A DNA stretch of 64,000 bases from Hormiphora californensis (Eukaryota > Animalia > Ctenophora), in the NCBI GenBank assembly GCA_020137815.1, contig CM035355.1, positions 3,596,001 through 3,660,000 on the forward strand, given 5' to 3'. Every line of letters begins with the position of its first letter. Position 1 is the stretch's first letter. The notes beneath the pieces are model-generated. The model was not told the origin of the DNA, ran no database searches, and saw only the letters and a program-made list of their open reading frames with translations. Below are positions 48,501-63,829 of the stretch, one piece after another. A program made the translations under genes and the position numbers.

Positions 48501-50636
48501 GAAGGGCGGTGGACTCTGCGACGGACCCCTGGACGGTCCTATAACAGAGTGGATCCAGGTATAGATCAAAATACTTCTTCATCACGTCAGAAGATGAGGG
48601 ACTCACTTCACTCAGTTTGATAACAGCACAGTCACCCGCACAGATAGCACCTAGTGAGTGGGGGGGGGGGGATCAGGGGGTTACCTCGTGCAATATAGGG
48701 GTTATTGTATTATGGGTTCACTGATTCAGTGGCACCCTAGAAAATAGAAATCGAACTTTTTTCATTGATTCGTTACCATCTTATCAGTGATTTGTATTCA
48801 CAAACAGGAAATTATGTAGGACAACGAAGACAGTTGATTTTAATTGATAAACATAATCAACACTTGGAATTATACAAACTAATTTCATCAACTCCACTTG
48901 TCACTTGCCAACTCCACATAGACAGTTGAACAAACACAAACACACACACAGAACTCTACCCATGAGAGGGGAAAGGGCCAGCATAATGGGGTAATTCCAA
49001 CATCCAAATATTAGGACAACCCCTTTAGGTTCGGGGGACACATAGGCCTGGTCCATCTTGTTTACCAGATCCTGCATAGTGGTAACCAATGGTAACGATG
49101 GTAACCAATGGTAACCATTGGGTAATGGTAATGATGGTAACCAATGGTAACCATTGGGTAATGGTAACGATGGTAACCAATGGTAACGATGGTAACCAAT
49201 GGTATCGCGTTATAACGATGGTTAACACGGTCGATGTAAAACAATGAAATAATGAGGGAGGGATGCAAGGGGGATGTCTCAAGTAAGACTGGGAAGTTTA
49301 GAGGAATAGGTACGTCATTGTAGGGGAACGTGGGGTAACATTGATTGAGCACATGGACGGTTATAGACACAAATAGTATTGGACATTGAAAAGCCTTTTA
49401 CCACTTACAACTTTGAACTTTCAATAAATTCACATCTTGCCCCGATATTCGATAATCGTAAGCATAGTTTTAGCTAGCTGCTAGCTAATGAGTTGCGTTC
49501 AATACTAACCAATACTAACCAATTAAGTGGGCAGAGGGCACACATGAGAGGATAATTCCAAGTCCCCATAACTAAAACGACGCCCTTCGGCTCATTGTGT
49601 TGGTACGCATGGTCCATTTTGTTAACCAGATCCTGGGAAAATCAAACACATGTACACACTCAATCAACCATATATACACACTCAATCAAAGATTGTGAAG
49701 TCACTGCGCTGGCAAGCGCAAAGGTGACCATCCCCTCCCCCCAGCCGCGTGTGCCAGAGTGCAGTAATAACTTTTTTCAGTTTTTAGCCAAAAATGGCAT
49801 TTTGCGACGCCCATAGGGAGGCCCCCACTGCACCGATCGGTCTGAAATTTGGTATACAGTGTCACATAGTCTAGATCTACTGTAGTTTAAAAGGGCAAGT
49901 CTCTATCTCTTTTAGTTTTAGAGATATGGTATCGTGAAAAAAGCAATAAATGTCCCGGGTCTATGTATCTATCTATGTATCTATGTATGGATAGACGCTA
50001 TTTTACCAAATTTATAATCGTTTTTGAGAGAAAACGACATAAGATAGACACATAAAGATAAGAGTTTTTTCAAATCAACCAAATTTCTTTGAGCTCAATT
50101 TACACCCTGAAGACGGCTTCTGATTGAAAAACGGAGACCACACTGACGAAAGATAATCGTCTATACTTTCAGAAACTGTATAGCGAATTTGTGAAACTCT
50201 ATTTCTAAGGGTCTCAAATCGCGTCTGAAGTGTTAAGACTGTATGAAAATAGATATGACGATAATGCGTTTTTCGCCATAGCGACCTCAAATCTTGTCCA
50301 ATCGATCTCAAACTTAATCAGCATCTTCATCTAGATGAGCCTGATAATAATACATCCCTATCTTGACGTTATAACGTCGTGACGTCACGCTATGACGTCA
50401 TAATGACGTCAAAATTGAAATGTTCGTATTTTAGCGATTCCTAACGGTCTTTACACGTCCAGACATGTCTTACATTGTATTTCACATCAGAAAATACCAA
50501 AAATATACCCCAATTATGCCAAAAACTAACAGAAATTAGTTGGCTGGAAAGGTGACCATTTTGTTGTCAAACTGACACCTTTGCCCGGCCCGGGTTACGG
50601 ATACCATCGATGGGGTTAATCAGGGGGTAAATCAGG

Positions 50637-50710
<74 letters not shown>

Positions 50711-51367
50711 GAGAAAGTGAAAGAGAGAGATAGAAATCGGAGAGGGAAAGATAATGATGAAACCCGGAGAGGGCAAAGGTGTCAGTTTGACAACAAAATG
50801 GTCACCTTTCCAGCCAACTAATTTCTGTTAGTTTTTGGCATAATAATGATTAATACAATTAACTGATTGGTTTTAATTAGTTCAATTAATTAATTTTAAT
50901 CACGCACCGTTTTAACGTATTGGTCTGCCATCCAACCCTTGAGATGTTTCATAGCGTACCCCAGATCACTCTCGGTAAACTTCAGATCACTACCATTTGT
51001 CTCCGAGGGATGCTTCCCCAGATCCTTCTTCATAGCATCACAATACTCCTGTGCATGGAGGTGTGAGTTACAACACTACTCCTGTGCAGCTGCAGAGTGC
51101 AGTAGAATGGTGTGAGTTTGAGCTGGGAGATACAACTACAAAGTTGGGTACAAGGTACGCAGAGATGGGGTTAGGGGGGAAGACTAAAAAAGAAAACCAA
51201 CAGATCTAATAACTGCAATGCTAGTTCATGTATACCTGTTCCATTGCTTTGATCATGGCTGCACATTTCTTCAGTTGTCCCATCCTATACTCGTAGGGGA
51301 TGGTAACCCCTGAGTCGAAACTCTCCTGAAGCTCATCTCGTACCTTCTGAAAGTCCTCCACTGCCAT
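45544..51367 (-). CDS. Class 3 aldehyde dehydrogenase (fatty aldehyde dehydrogenase-like, hydrophobic C-terminal anchor), multi-exon
   Basis: [74 protein letters not shown]. Confidence 0.93.
49701..50844 (-). mobile_element. Helentron-associated/DINE-1-like non-autonomous element, copy 1
   Basis: Terminal stem-loop tgcgc-tggcaa-gcgca beside subterminal repeat aaaggtgacc; ~74-bp perfect IR (50512-50586 / 50771-50844) around (GA)n. Confidence 0.7.
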
Positions 51368-51947
51368 GTTTGGGCTAAATCATGTTAGAGTTAAAAACAT
51401 TTGCCGGAGGGAATGGGGAGTAGGGAGTAGCTGGGTTGCTATACAGACGGAGAAAAAACCGTATATCGGGGTGACATGTAGGGAAAAAACAAGCACCTTG
51501 GATGATTATTGGGGTGACACGTAGTACGGAAAACACAAGCAGAAAACGGTAAAGAAAGACCAAGATAAGACAAGAGGGTGGGTTGTGTTTTCTGGTGTAT
51601 CAGATTACGTGTAATATGCAGTGCACTACATCGGGGCTAGCTCCTAAGGGAGATAAACAGGTGATTTGGGTACTACTCTGTAGAAAACGGGTGATTTGGG
51701 TGTTACATTGTAGAAAAAAAGTGGTACGACCAAAAGGGGCAAGGTTTTATGTACTACATAAAGTACTACTATACAGGGACTTGGAGAAAGTAAACACATG
51801 GGAAAGAATAAACATGTGTTGCAAGGTTGTACTGAGTGTAAAAAGTCTGGGTGTGCAAAGTCAGGTGAGAAAATTAATCGAAATTAACAATCGAAATATA
51901 GGTCAACCACACACAACTCATTGCTAAAACTTCAAACCAAATAGCGA

Positions 51948-53516
<1,569 letters not shown>

Positions 53517-53926
53517 ATATAACTAATTCTTTCTCGCTATACTATCTCTTTCTTGATTTCGCTCTCCCTCTCCCATATATATCTCTCTACTTAACTAATT
53601 CCGGTGTATTGTGTAAATAACACAGCCTGCTGCGTGTCAAGTGTGTATCAAAATATTGTGGAATATCATATCGTCATCGCGGCGAGTTTTCCTCTCGTTT
53701 GCTCCTGAATCCTGCTGGCTTCTCCGACTGAACTGCCAAAACTTCACCAATCCCGTTAGAAAACTTACCTGGGTGATTAAAGTGTTCGTAGTAAGTAGAC
53801 AAGAGCAGGGCACCAGTAATAATAGGGACAACCTCGCGGTGAGGGTCGAGCAAGGCAAGGACTCAGTAGAGACACATTGCACATAACGGGAGGAGGAAAG
53901 AGAAATGAGATAAAATATATAGAAAG

Positions 53927-53987
<61 letters not shown>

Positions 53988-54004
53988 GAGAGAGAGAGAG
54001 AGAG

Positions 54005-54092
<88 letters not shown>

Positions 54093-54573
54093 GCGTGTAG
54101 TTGGAACATTGCCATAAACCCGCGTGCACTTCTACCGTCATGTGTCTGTGTCACATCACGTATCCCAGTAATATTAGGTCGGTCCAGAGATAATTCCGTG
54201 TCTTTGTTGAGTCAATAGAACAGTAATATAATAGTGTTCATGCGTGTTACACATGAAAATCAATATAAAACACTCCTACTCACGTATATTTTGATTAATT
54301 ATGCCCCTGTCCTTTAGGCAAGACTCCTGAAGCAGGCACACTAATATCAGATTGTTTCTTAAGTACTTCGTTAACATCACCTAGCAACGGAAAGTTTTTT
54401 ATTAATAAAAAGAGTGCAATCGAACCCAAAACGAAGCCAACCCAAGTCCCGATCTCAACGCACTGAGAATCAAAATGGGTCGGCGTCAACAGACAGCGTT
54501 ATTTGGAGCACTGTCTCAACTCTCAATTAATTCTCAAATGTCATATCAGTGCACATATGATCTTCCTCCTTAC

Positions 54574-57500
54574 CTCCTGAGTGTTTAGATGCTGTAGAAT
54601 GACACAGGAATACGATTCATCATCGTAAGCTTGTTGGCTGTAGATATTTGCTATGTCTGTGTATAAATCCAACATGTCACAGCACATCTCGTATTTCTGG
54701 GGCGGTGGAGATGTGTGTGTTAACATTGGGGATTGAGTAGATAGCGGTGTATGGGGTGGTCTACCGTCTAGATCGTGGATTTTAGATCAGAGAGGTGTAA
54801 CATAAAGGAATTCAGGTAATATACTTTACCTTTATCTATTTACATACACACAGACCAAACGAACAAAACACAAAATCAAACAAACATACAAACCGTTCAA
54901 CAACAACAAAAACGAACATTATGATCGTTGAATTCATTGTCTTTAGCAATGTAACATTTCGCTGAAACATCCATCAGCAGTGTCGTGTCCATACAGCAGG
55001 TGGTTTTCAGTCGGTGAAGTAGATCTTCAAATGTTGGAACCAACTGGGGAGGGGGATAATGTTTTAGTAATGATGGGACAAGAGTTGTCGAGTAAGAGAT
55101 GGGAGACTCCTCCACCCCTTACTCAACAAGGCAAGATGGGATTCTTAAATTATAAATATTTGCTGTAGGGCTTTAATTCAGTGCTCTCATCTTCGTACTT
55201 ACATAGTCAATTAGTTTTTCATTCACATCACTCAGTGCATGAAATATCGTGTATTCGTATACAGAGGTTAACCATGTCTTGAAGTTCAGTTTAATGTCAT
55301 CAGAATGGAACATTTCATCTCGAATGTAGGACTCAATATTCTTCTGAAATTCCTCCCTTTGATCATCAGGAAGGCCATCAACTTTATGGATAAATACAAA
55401 TACCTGGGGAGTAATAGTTGATTTTAGGATGCACCTGGGGAGTAGTAGTTGATATTAGGATGCATTATTAATTTTGTTTATTCAACTTTTAATTAAAAGT
55501 AGTTAACTACTCACACTCCTCTCATGGCAACACCTCAAACGTTTAACGTTCTAAATACTATATTCATTCTACTAAGTCGTGTACTATTGTGGCTCCTGGA
55601 TCAGTGAGTTTGGGAATGTGTAACCGGAAGGCGGAAAGATCACCTCGAAAGTGAGTATACTTTTGTTGTTGGACTGAGCTGTTGGGAGTGTAACTTTGTA
55701 CCACCGCGCGCGCGTCCTAACACAAACATTCAGTGTCGCGCGGGGAACCCCCCTGTTTCTTTATCGCGCGTTACAACATCGTATGTAGGAAAGTGAACTT
55801 ATGGCGACCAACATAAATATTCCATATGTTCGACTGCTCAATCCACTGTTTCAGAGATCGGGTGTGATGGTACCGCTTTATAGACATCACACCTGCTATG
55901 GATTATGGGGGTGTGGAACCATTGTGCGTGAACTAATTTCATGATTGAAGAATGGTGAATGTGGTCTTGTGAGTGAACCCCGTATGAATTAATTCTTGTG
56001 ATTGTCAGACGACTCAATACAACTAATTCTTGTGATTGCTCTCACCGAGACATTTGTCTGCCGACCAGAGGGATCGACAGGTCGTCCATCTAGGTGTGCG
56101 TTATCTAGCTTGTTCTGTCGGTCCAGTGTCGATAGGATCAGGATCAGCTTTTCTACTGCCGGCTGGGGGATTTAGTGGTGGTTAGTTTGCTATATCACTG
56201 TTATATTAGGGACCAAACTTGTGATCTTATTAAGTCAATTATCAGAATTATTTCTGATCAGCTATCAGGGTATATCTAATTTTGATGTTTACAGCTCACC
56301 CTGTAATTGCAATGAATAAGTATCAGTACATAGTAATTAATATCAGTAATTAAAATTACCCTGTAGTCTTCAAGAACGTCTATAACATAAATCAAGGCAC
56401 ACCTCCCCTCAAACATATTAGTGTAATCGATCGCAGAGTCCATCAGAGAGTCAACCTGTTGGATGATAAAGGGATAGAGACTAGAGAGTAGAGAGTCAAC
56501 CTGTTAAAGATAAGTATGCTACTTATCCACCCCTTATCTTATACTTAATAGCATTATAGGGGATAGAGTCAACATGTTCAAAGATTTAATATCGGGGATA
56601 GAGAATCTCTATCCTCTGCACTTATCTCTAATAGAGTCAACATGTTCAACATATTTATATTAGGAGAGGGAAGAAAAAGCGAGCAATCTGATAAACCACA
56701 ACCTGTGGTGGGCGGGGGAACATATTTCACAACATGTGGGCCAACTTTATATTGAAAATTCCAATCGAGAGAATCCAATCATTTTGGGAATGTCTTGAAC
56801 CAGCTTGAGGGGCCAATTCGATTAGTTTTAAAGAGAAATACCAGGGTTTAATCAACTGCCCAGCCCCAATCAGAGGACACAATATGCAGCTTGTAGCAGA
56901 ATGGGGTTGGGGGGGGGGGGCTTTGGAAAAGAAACGGGGCAGGGGTCGGAGGCATTTCACACATACCTGCCCAGGGACATCGTACACGACGTAATCCATG
57001 AAACATGTCCTTGAAACGTCATCTTTTTGTAACTGAAACATATTTATCGGTGAGTGTGTTTTTAGTCTTCTCACACTCTCTCACTCTCTCTCTCACCCTC
57101 CCCCCTTACCTTGGTGGTACTCTCCAGGAACATGGTTTCATTGGCTGGCATCTTGTGAAACACAACATTCTTTATGCTACTTTTCCCGCTTCGTCTCATG
57201 CCCATCAGGATTATCTTTGGTTTGGTGTCTATCTCTGTCTCGTCGCCATGCTGCTGCATCCCCGCTAACCCTGAGTGCTGGAGGTGTGCTCTGTTAATTC
57301 ATATTGCTCATTCAATGCGGACTACCTATGGGCTATGATGATAATATCTTGTTTCCAAATTGCGGAGGTTATTGATGCAACACCGTACGACATATTTTAT
57401 GTTATCTTCCTGCCCATCTAATTTCGCAACTACGTACTATGGGGCTTTATAGTGCAGCAAATAGCACATAAAAGGCCTTCTAACAGAGCTATGTTATATG

Positions 57501-57940
57501 CGTATAACCCTTTAGTACTTTAAAGACCTATATGCATAACATAGCATTGTTTGGCGATTACCTCTTTACAACAATTTATCTCTGAGCTATTTTCTCTGTT
57601 TTATTTATAGTGCACCCAGTAGGTGTGGTGGGAGCAGTGAGCACCTCAAGAATGAGCTGACCCGGCGGAGCCTGGTGGTCCTTTTTCTTTGACCATTTGA
57701 CGCCAAATTTATGGTTGCCATGGCAACTGAAGCAGTAACTATGGTAACTTAGGGCGCATAAAATAATTTATGGAGGAGCATTGTTGCTAACCAACGCACT
57801 AATCGAATAGCCATCACACGACACGTCTTCTACTTTATAATAGAGGTGATGGCTGTCACTTATAATAACTAATAATTAATTAGTGAGTTAATTACCTGGT
57901 TGTAAGAGCTTGGTATGACATTGTCATCATCTTCCATCAT
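54574..57940 (-). CDS. RRAGC: Ras-related GTP-binding protein C/D (RagC/D, Gtr2-like), multi-exon; 3' end not resolved
   Basis: KPKIILMGMRRSGKSSI..VVFHKM..ETMFLEST, YDVPGQ, ALIYVID, VFIHKVDGL, LTSVYEYTIF, YEMCCDMLD. Confidence 0.85.
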
Positions 57941-58755
57941 ATTAGGACATACACTGTGTAAATATGGAGAATTAGCTTGAAACGAAGAGTAACACTTGCT
58001 TCAGGAAATCAGGGGGTATCGGGTCATTGGAGGGAGAATTGAGGTAGTAGGGATATGTATGTGTTGTGTGCATAAGCCATACCGATATAGGTCCAGTGTT
58101 TATTTGGCCATTCTTGGTTTATAATGACAACACGGTTCAAGTTCTTTCCAGAGATTTCTCACGGACCCAAATCAGCCACGTGTTGTGTGGTAAGAAACCA
58201 CAAATAATGTGTAACAAAATGCACATCTAGGTTTGACAAAACCTTGAAATTAACCTAATCCTTGGCATTACTGTGTTACAGTGGTCATGTAGAAGGTATG
58301 GACTATATAAACAGTTATCTTATTCACATGATTATATTGCACATCCTGAATTAGGACATCCTCATCTATAGTATGCTGCAGGTAATGTGCTCGCAAAAAA
58401 TATCCTCATGATAAGCTTACAGCTCGTCCCCCCATGTGACACCCCATTGACGGCCATGTGACAGCACCTTTGTGGGGGCCTGTGATGGTGGTTTTTCTAT
58501 TCTCGTCACATTATGTGTTGCATTGTGTTGATCCCTCTTTGTTGAGAGGAATCATCTCTCTACCCTACCTTTGGAATGTCATGTTTTTTAATGAACTATC
58601 TGGTCACAGATCTGCAGATGGTCAGAATTTAGTCTCGGTTCCCGCAGAAATATATGCATTTTTAGAGGAACTGACTGTTTTTGAGCTTCAAACTGGTCAA
58701 TATTTCTTCTTGATAGTGATAGTCTTAACTCAAAATTTTTTAGAACTAGAACAGT

Positions 58756-60469
58756 ATGGCCAGTAAGAAAGGTGCTACGCCCAAAACCTATGAGTTTAAA
58801 GAGGTTAATGGAAGCAAAACCATTGTGGCAGCCCGAAACCTCAAACCTGGGACTCTTATTCTAACAGAAAAACCCATTTTGTGCGCCAAAACGGTGGATG
58901 AAGTGGTGGAAAATTTCGAGAAGCTGTCTGTCAAGGTAAGATATTATAATGTTCAAACTATCACACCAGCTGTGGGCTTGCCGTTGGCAAGCCCAGGCAC
59001 TCCGTAGATAGATAGATAGACACCAGCTGCTCCTAGGACTCACGATCTTCTGTAGCTTCTTAGTATTGACACGTTGGGTTCCAAGAAAACCGAAGACATT
59101 AGTTGCATTCTTGTAAGATCTTGCGATAATGTCAAATACAAAAGATAGCATTTCTCTACACAATGGACCGATCATCTAATAATTGAGGATCGTTATATTG
59201 AAAGAGAAAAATAACATACCTTTCTTGCAATATATTCACAACAATATTTGTAAATCACACCTATATATTGCTAATTGCACCACCTTACAGGACAAAGAAA
59301 GAGTATTGGAGATGACCAACAAGATAAACCCGGACCAGCCTGAGGAGGATGGAGAGAAGGAGGACAACAAAAGTAAACTTACAAAACTATTATACTCGAA
59401 CACAATGAACGCGGCAGGCCAGGCGATCTATTACGTACTATCTCGAGTGAAGCACTCCTGTGGCCCTAACATCGCTCTCGTCACTAAACCTGATACGTAT
59501 GGTCACATCGAGGTTCGGGCTTGTCGTACCATCAAAAAGGGGGATGAGCTTCGTGCCGATTACCTCCCCGGTATCTACCTGTTTGAAACGAAGGAGATGC
59601 GGATGAAAGTCCTCGGAGTCAACTACTCCTGTGATTGTGGGGTGTGTAAACTTGAGGGGAACGATGCCCAGGAAAACGAAACGACACGCTTCCGAATCAA
59701 GGAAAACTACCGAAATACCACCATCTATGTTACATTTGGAGACTTTCTCCAGGCTTTGGAACATTGCAAGACCATGCTGGGCTTCATGGATTATCTAGAT
59801 GAGGAAGTGGTGGTTAAGAAGGTATCGGTGACCCTGGAATGTTGGCAGTTGGCAGTTTTGGCTCAGCTCCAACGACCCGAGGCTGACCTTGAGGTTGAGA
59901 AGTACAAGGAGAAAGCGAGGACTCTCTGCAAACTTCTCGGACCCATTGAGGAGGAGAAGTGGACCAAGACAGAGAAGTTGATCGCAGAGGAGAGGCTGGA
60001 GGAGCTTGATACGGTAAAACTGAGGGCATCGGGACCATGGACTGTCCAGATTATCAAGACGCTCCTGAAGAAGAATGTTGTGCCTGCGGAGCCAGCAGTG
60101 GTTGAAGATGCAGCTAAACCTGCCGAGACTGAGAAACCAGCTACGGAGACAAAACCTGAGGAGAGTGAAAAGAAACCGAGAAAAAAGGAGTCTGAAGAAA
60201 AGACAGACAGCGAGAAGGCAACCTCAAGTGTGAGTGAAAGTAATTCCGCCACGAAGACATCCTCTAAAACTACAAAATCTTCAAAACCAACCTCCAAACC
60301 TAAGAAGACTGAGAAGAAGGAAGAGAAGAAGGAAGAGAAGTCTGGTGATAAGAAAATTGAAGATAACAAGGCTAAATCTGATAAGAAAACCGCGAAAAAG
60401 AATGATAAAGCCGATGAGAAGCTGAACATTAAATCTAAAACCGCTAAAAAGCCCAAATCCAAAGTGTAA
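58756..60469 (+). CDS. SMYD/Set5-like split SET-domain protein without MYND, with post-SET CxCxxC, helical region and K/E/S-rich tail; exons 58756-58935, 59291-60469
   Basis: IVAARNLKPGTLILTEKPI; SRVKHSCGPN; RTIKKGDELRADY; CDCGVC; phase-0 GT-AG intron. Confidence 0.83.
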
Positions 60470-60744
60470 ATATATGTCACCTTCACAATTATAGATTGAT
60501 CTACTGATTATAATAGCAGAAAATATTTTGTTTGAAACCAGAAACGTTGATCGATGGACAAATTATCCTTTTTTAAGTCACTATTTGGTATTATGTTGAT
60601 CTTGTAAAGTAGATTTCAAATTATCCTTTTTTAAGTCGGCGTGTCGTTCGATTGATAGAAAGTGGTTCATCCATTTCAAAACTACTAAAATACTTAAGCT
60701 CATAATAATAATAAAGTAATAGAGAGATGTAGATAGAGAGATGT

Positions 60745-60789
<45 letters not shown>

Positions 60790-60887
60790 TAGATAGAGAG
60801 ATGTAGAGAGAGAGAGAGAGAGAAAGGGAGAGAGAGATGGAGAGATAGAGAGATGCAGAGAGAGAGAGAGTGAGAGAGAGTGTGTGT

Positions 60888-60955
<68 letters not shown>

Positions 60956-61439
60956 AGATCTATCATCTATGATAACACGTGACGTAGACAATGGATTATC
61001 ATAGCACGAGGCGATGGTCACGAAGCTTTTACAAGCTCGCACATTCTCTTCCACCACGTTAGCTGCACATAATTGACCATCTCACGCCTTTTCCCGTTGC
61101 CTTTTTTCAAGTTAAAGTGGGAAGACATTGTTTCAACTCTCTCACCTCTATTACGGTTGTACAAGTAATCAAAAACTAAGAGATCCTTTAGTCTCTCCTA
61201 GCCGGAAGTCATTATTTGCTCTGTCTTTGTCAGCCCAGGTGTTGGTGTATATCTCTCCACAATTTGTTTAAAAGTACATATATATCTCTGTTTGAGTTAC
61301 AGCTTCTGTCTGTACTCAATTATTAGTGACCTCTACAATGAGGACACACTAATTTACATGTGCCATTTACATTTCTGTTTGCTATTGTCTTTTGTAAAAC
61401 CTGCTCCTTTTACCACATCAAATAAAAGAGAAAGAGAAA

Positions 61440-61487
<48 letters not shown>

Positions 61488-61671
61488 TACCTTTGATTAC
61501 CTTTGACAAGGTTTAGCTGAAGTAGCTTGGAATCCACTTTAGTAATGGACCCGTTGGAATGTTCCTGCTGGTCTAATAGATAACAACAGGAACACTATAG
61601 CAAACAAAGAAGACAATTTAATGAAATAAATGAAAAGAAGAAACTTAAATGAATAGCACTCTCAGTAAGTA

Positions 61672-62631
61672 CTACTGTGTCCCCGAGGAGACCTCCACCA
61701 CCTCGCCTCCTTTGATCCTAAACGACTTCCCAGGGCTCCGCTCCTTCTCCTCTTTCAACTTTTTCACTAGGACCGCCCGAGCCGCTCTCTCCTCAGAAGT
61801 AAGGTCGGGAGAGATATAAACTCGGGAAAACACTTCACTCTCTCTAAGTCGTGTCTTCTTACCAAGAATACACGACTGCATCTCCTTACTTGTCAGGGTT
61901 AACTTCAGGGGTCTAGTCTGACCTGCTGAAAATCTCCCCAACCGCTGAGCACGTTTCACAAGAGGTTTCTCCGCGAGTGTTGTCCACAGCTCCGGTAACA
62001 GTTCCTCGCTGTCTCCAGGACTGTCAGTCAGCCCGTGGATGACAATATTACACGACCTATCCTCGCTTGCTGCAGCAACAGCCTTCTGGATCCTACTAGG
62101 AGCCAAGGCTGTCTCGCATTCCCTCTTTAACGCAGATGAGAAGCTATGAATCTCCTCTTTTGCAATAATCTGTACCTCTGTAATCACTTCCTCTCTCTTC
62201 TCCAAGAGCTGCTCCTGCAGTTTAAGTAACTGCTCCTGGGCACCAACTAGTGCCTTCTGGGCGGAGATAAGATCCTCCTGACGCTCTATGAGCTTCTTCT
62301 CTATCTCACTGCACTTCCTAGCTTCATTAAACTGGCTCCTCATTACAGGGAACAACCTCTCAACCAACAACTTGCCAGTCATCTCCACCCACGCAACTAA
62401 ATCATTTTTATCCACCTTATCTAATTTGTACTTAGAGGGGGCAGATAAAGTGTCCCATAGACTCTCCTCTGCACCATTATACTCTGCACTAAACACGCCC
62501 GTGGTGGGACGTGCTCCAGCCATCGCAAATAGTTCCTCAATCATTTCCACAGTTTCTACATGTACATTTTCCAGCTCTGAGTCACTAATTGACTTGTTGC
62601 CACTAACCAAGACTCTAGGACTCACACTCAT
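61672..62631 (-). mobile_element. CR1/L2-type LINE ORF1-like protein (coiled coil + RRM-like + C-terminal domain) with no ORF2 downstream
   Basis: RSCNIVIHGL, QRLGRF, RPLKLTL, VYISPDLTSEER; flanked by (GA)n on both sides. Confidence 0.75.
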
Positions 62632-62713
62632 AACGGTAAAAAGTGACCGTTACAACTATAAAGATAAGAGACGGACGATTTTCAATGCACAAGCGATAAG
62701 AACAAGCAAGAAG

Positions 62714-62763
<50 letters not shown>

Positions 62764-62806
62764 GAGATCAAATGTAAAGATAGACAGAGGGACAGAAAGG
62801 CGTGGG

Positions 62807-62864
<58 letters not shown>

Positions 62865-63829
62865 CATAAAGAGAGAGAGAGAAGGGCAGATAGACATTAG
62901 ACATCTGGTCTTCCATAAGAGAGAGGATAAAAGAAGATGCTCCTTTCTAAATCTTATTTCTGTACCAGCAGTTTCTCGTGTTGTAAGGACTGCCTCCTGC
63001 GGCCTCTTTTTGATGAAAGATTTGCGATATCATCTCAGTTTACTGAAGATCAAATGAGTATGCTAGTTACATCTTGAATTAGCCAAATGACTTTGTTCCT
63101 TTGTTCCTAATTTTGAATAAGTTAAGATAACAGTAGCCTGAAATGTATATCTTTTTGTCCGTTCTTTACATGGCATTTGCTGGATATGACGCCTCAACTT
63201 GCAAAAGGTAGACCCCAATTCCCAGTCAGCCCAATAGTGGTGCTTGCAGTGAAAGACTGTGTAACGGTCAGTACACGTGGGCACGGGTGGGCATTTTGTA
63301 GGGTGCAATACAAGGATGTCTTAGGCGATCAGATTGGTCAATATTTGGCGTATATAATGGCATTTGCTGGAACCTATATATATAGTGACATGAATTCTAG
63401 GATTACAGGATATATATATATCATGTACTCAAAACAAAACTTTACTAAAAATGAGACAAGGAACCTAAAATAGGTGCTAGCCTCAACATATTTTTCACTT
63501 CCTCTTTGACTGGTATAAATATCAGTCAACTGGCCCGCATTTCGCAATAATCAATAACACAGCTATATCTCCTCAATATTTATTGCTATGTTGCTTGCAA
63601 TTCTCACTAATGCAGCAAAGGATATCTCTTTCGCACAGATTGTGTGTGACGTGTGCAGTATGTGTGTCTGTAGAGTTCGAGCTGTATCTGCGATTGACAT
63701 CTTGTATTTGTTGTCTTGTTCAGCCCTCTCTCCTACATCATGTTTACCATTCAGAATGGTATATTTGTTATTCAGTTTCCAAAAGCACGGCCAGCTTTTG
63801 AAAACCTCGTAATGCTCTCTTTTCGGAGC

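Noticed and set aside
53637-54489. Possible last RagC exons or a small nested gene
   Set aside because: A donor is present at ~53768, but I could not recover the expected C-terminal roadblock motifs in a consistent phase
55640-56035. Possible intronic snoRNA in RagC
   Set aside because: No convincing paired C/D or H/ACA boxes with a terminal stem
57482-57551. Imperfect AT-rich palindrome
   Set aside because: Probably a decayed MITE; too little evidence to classify
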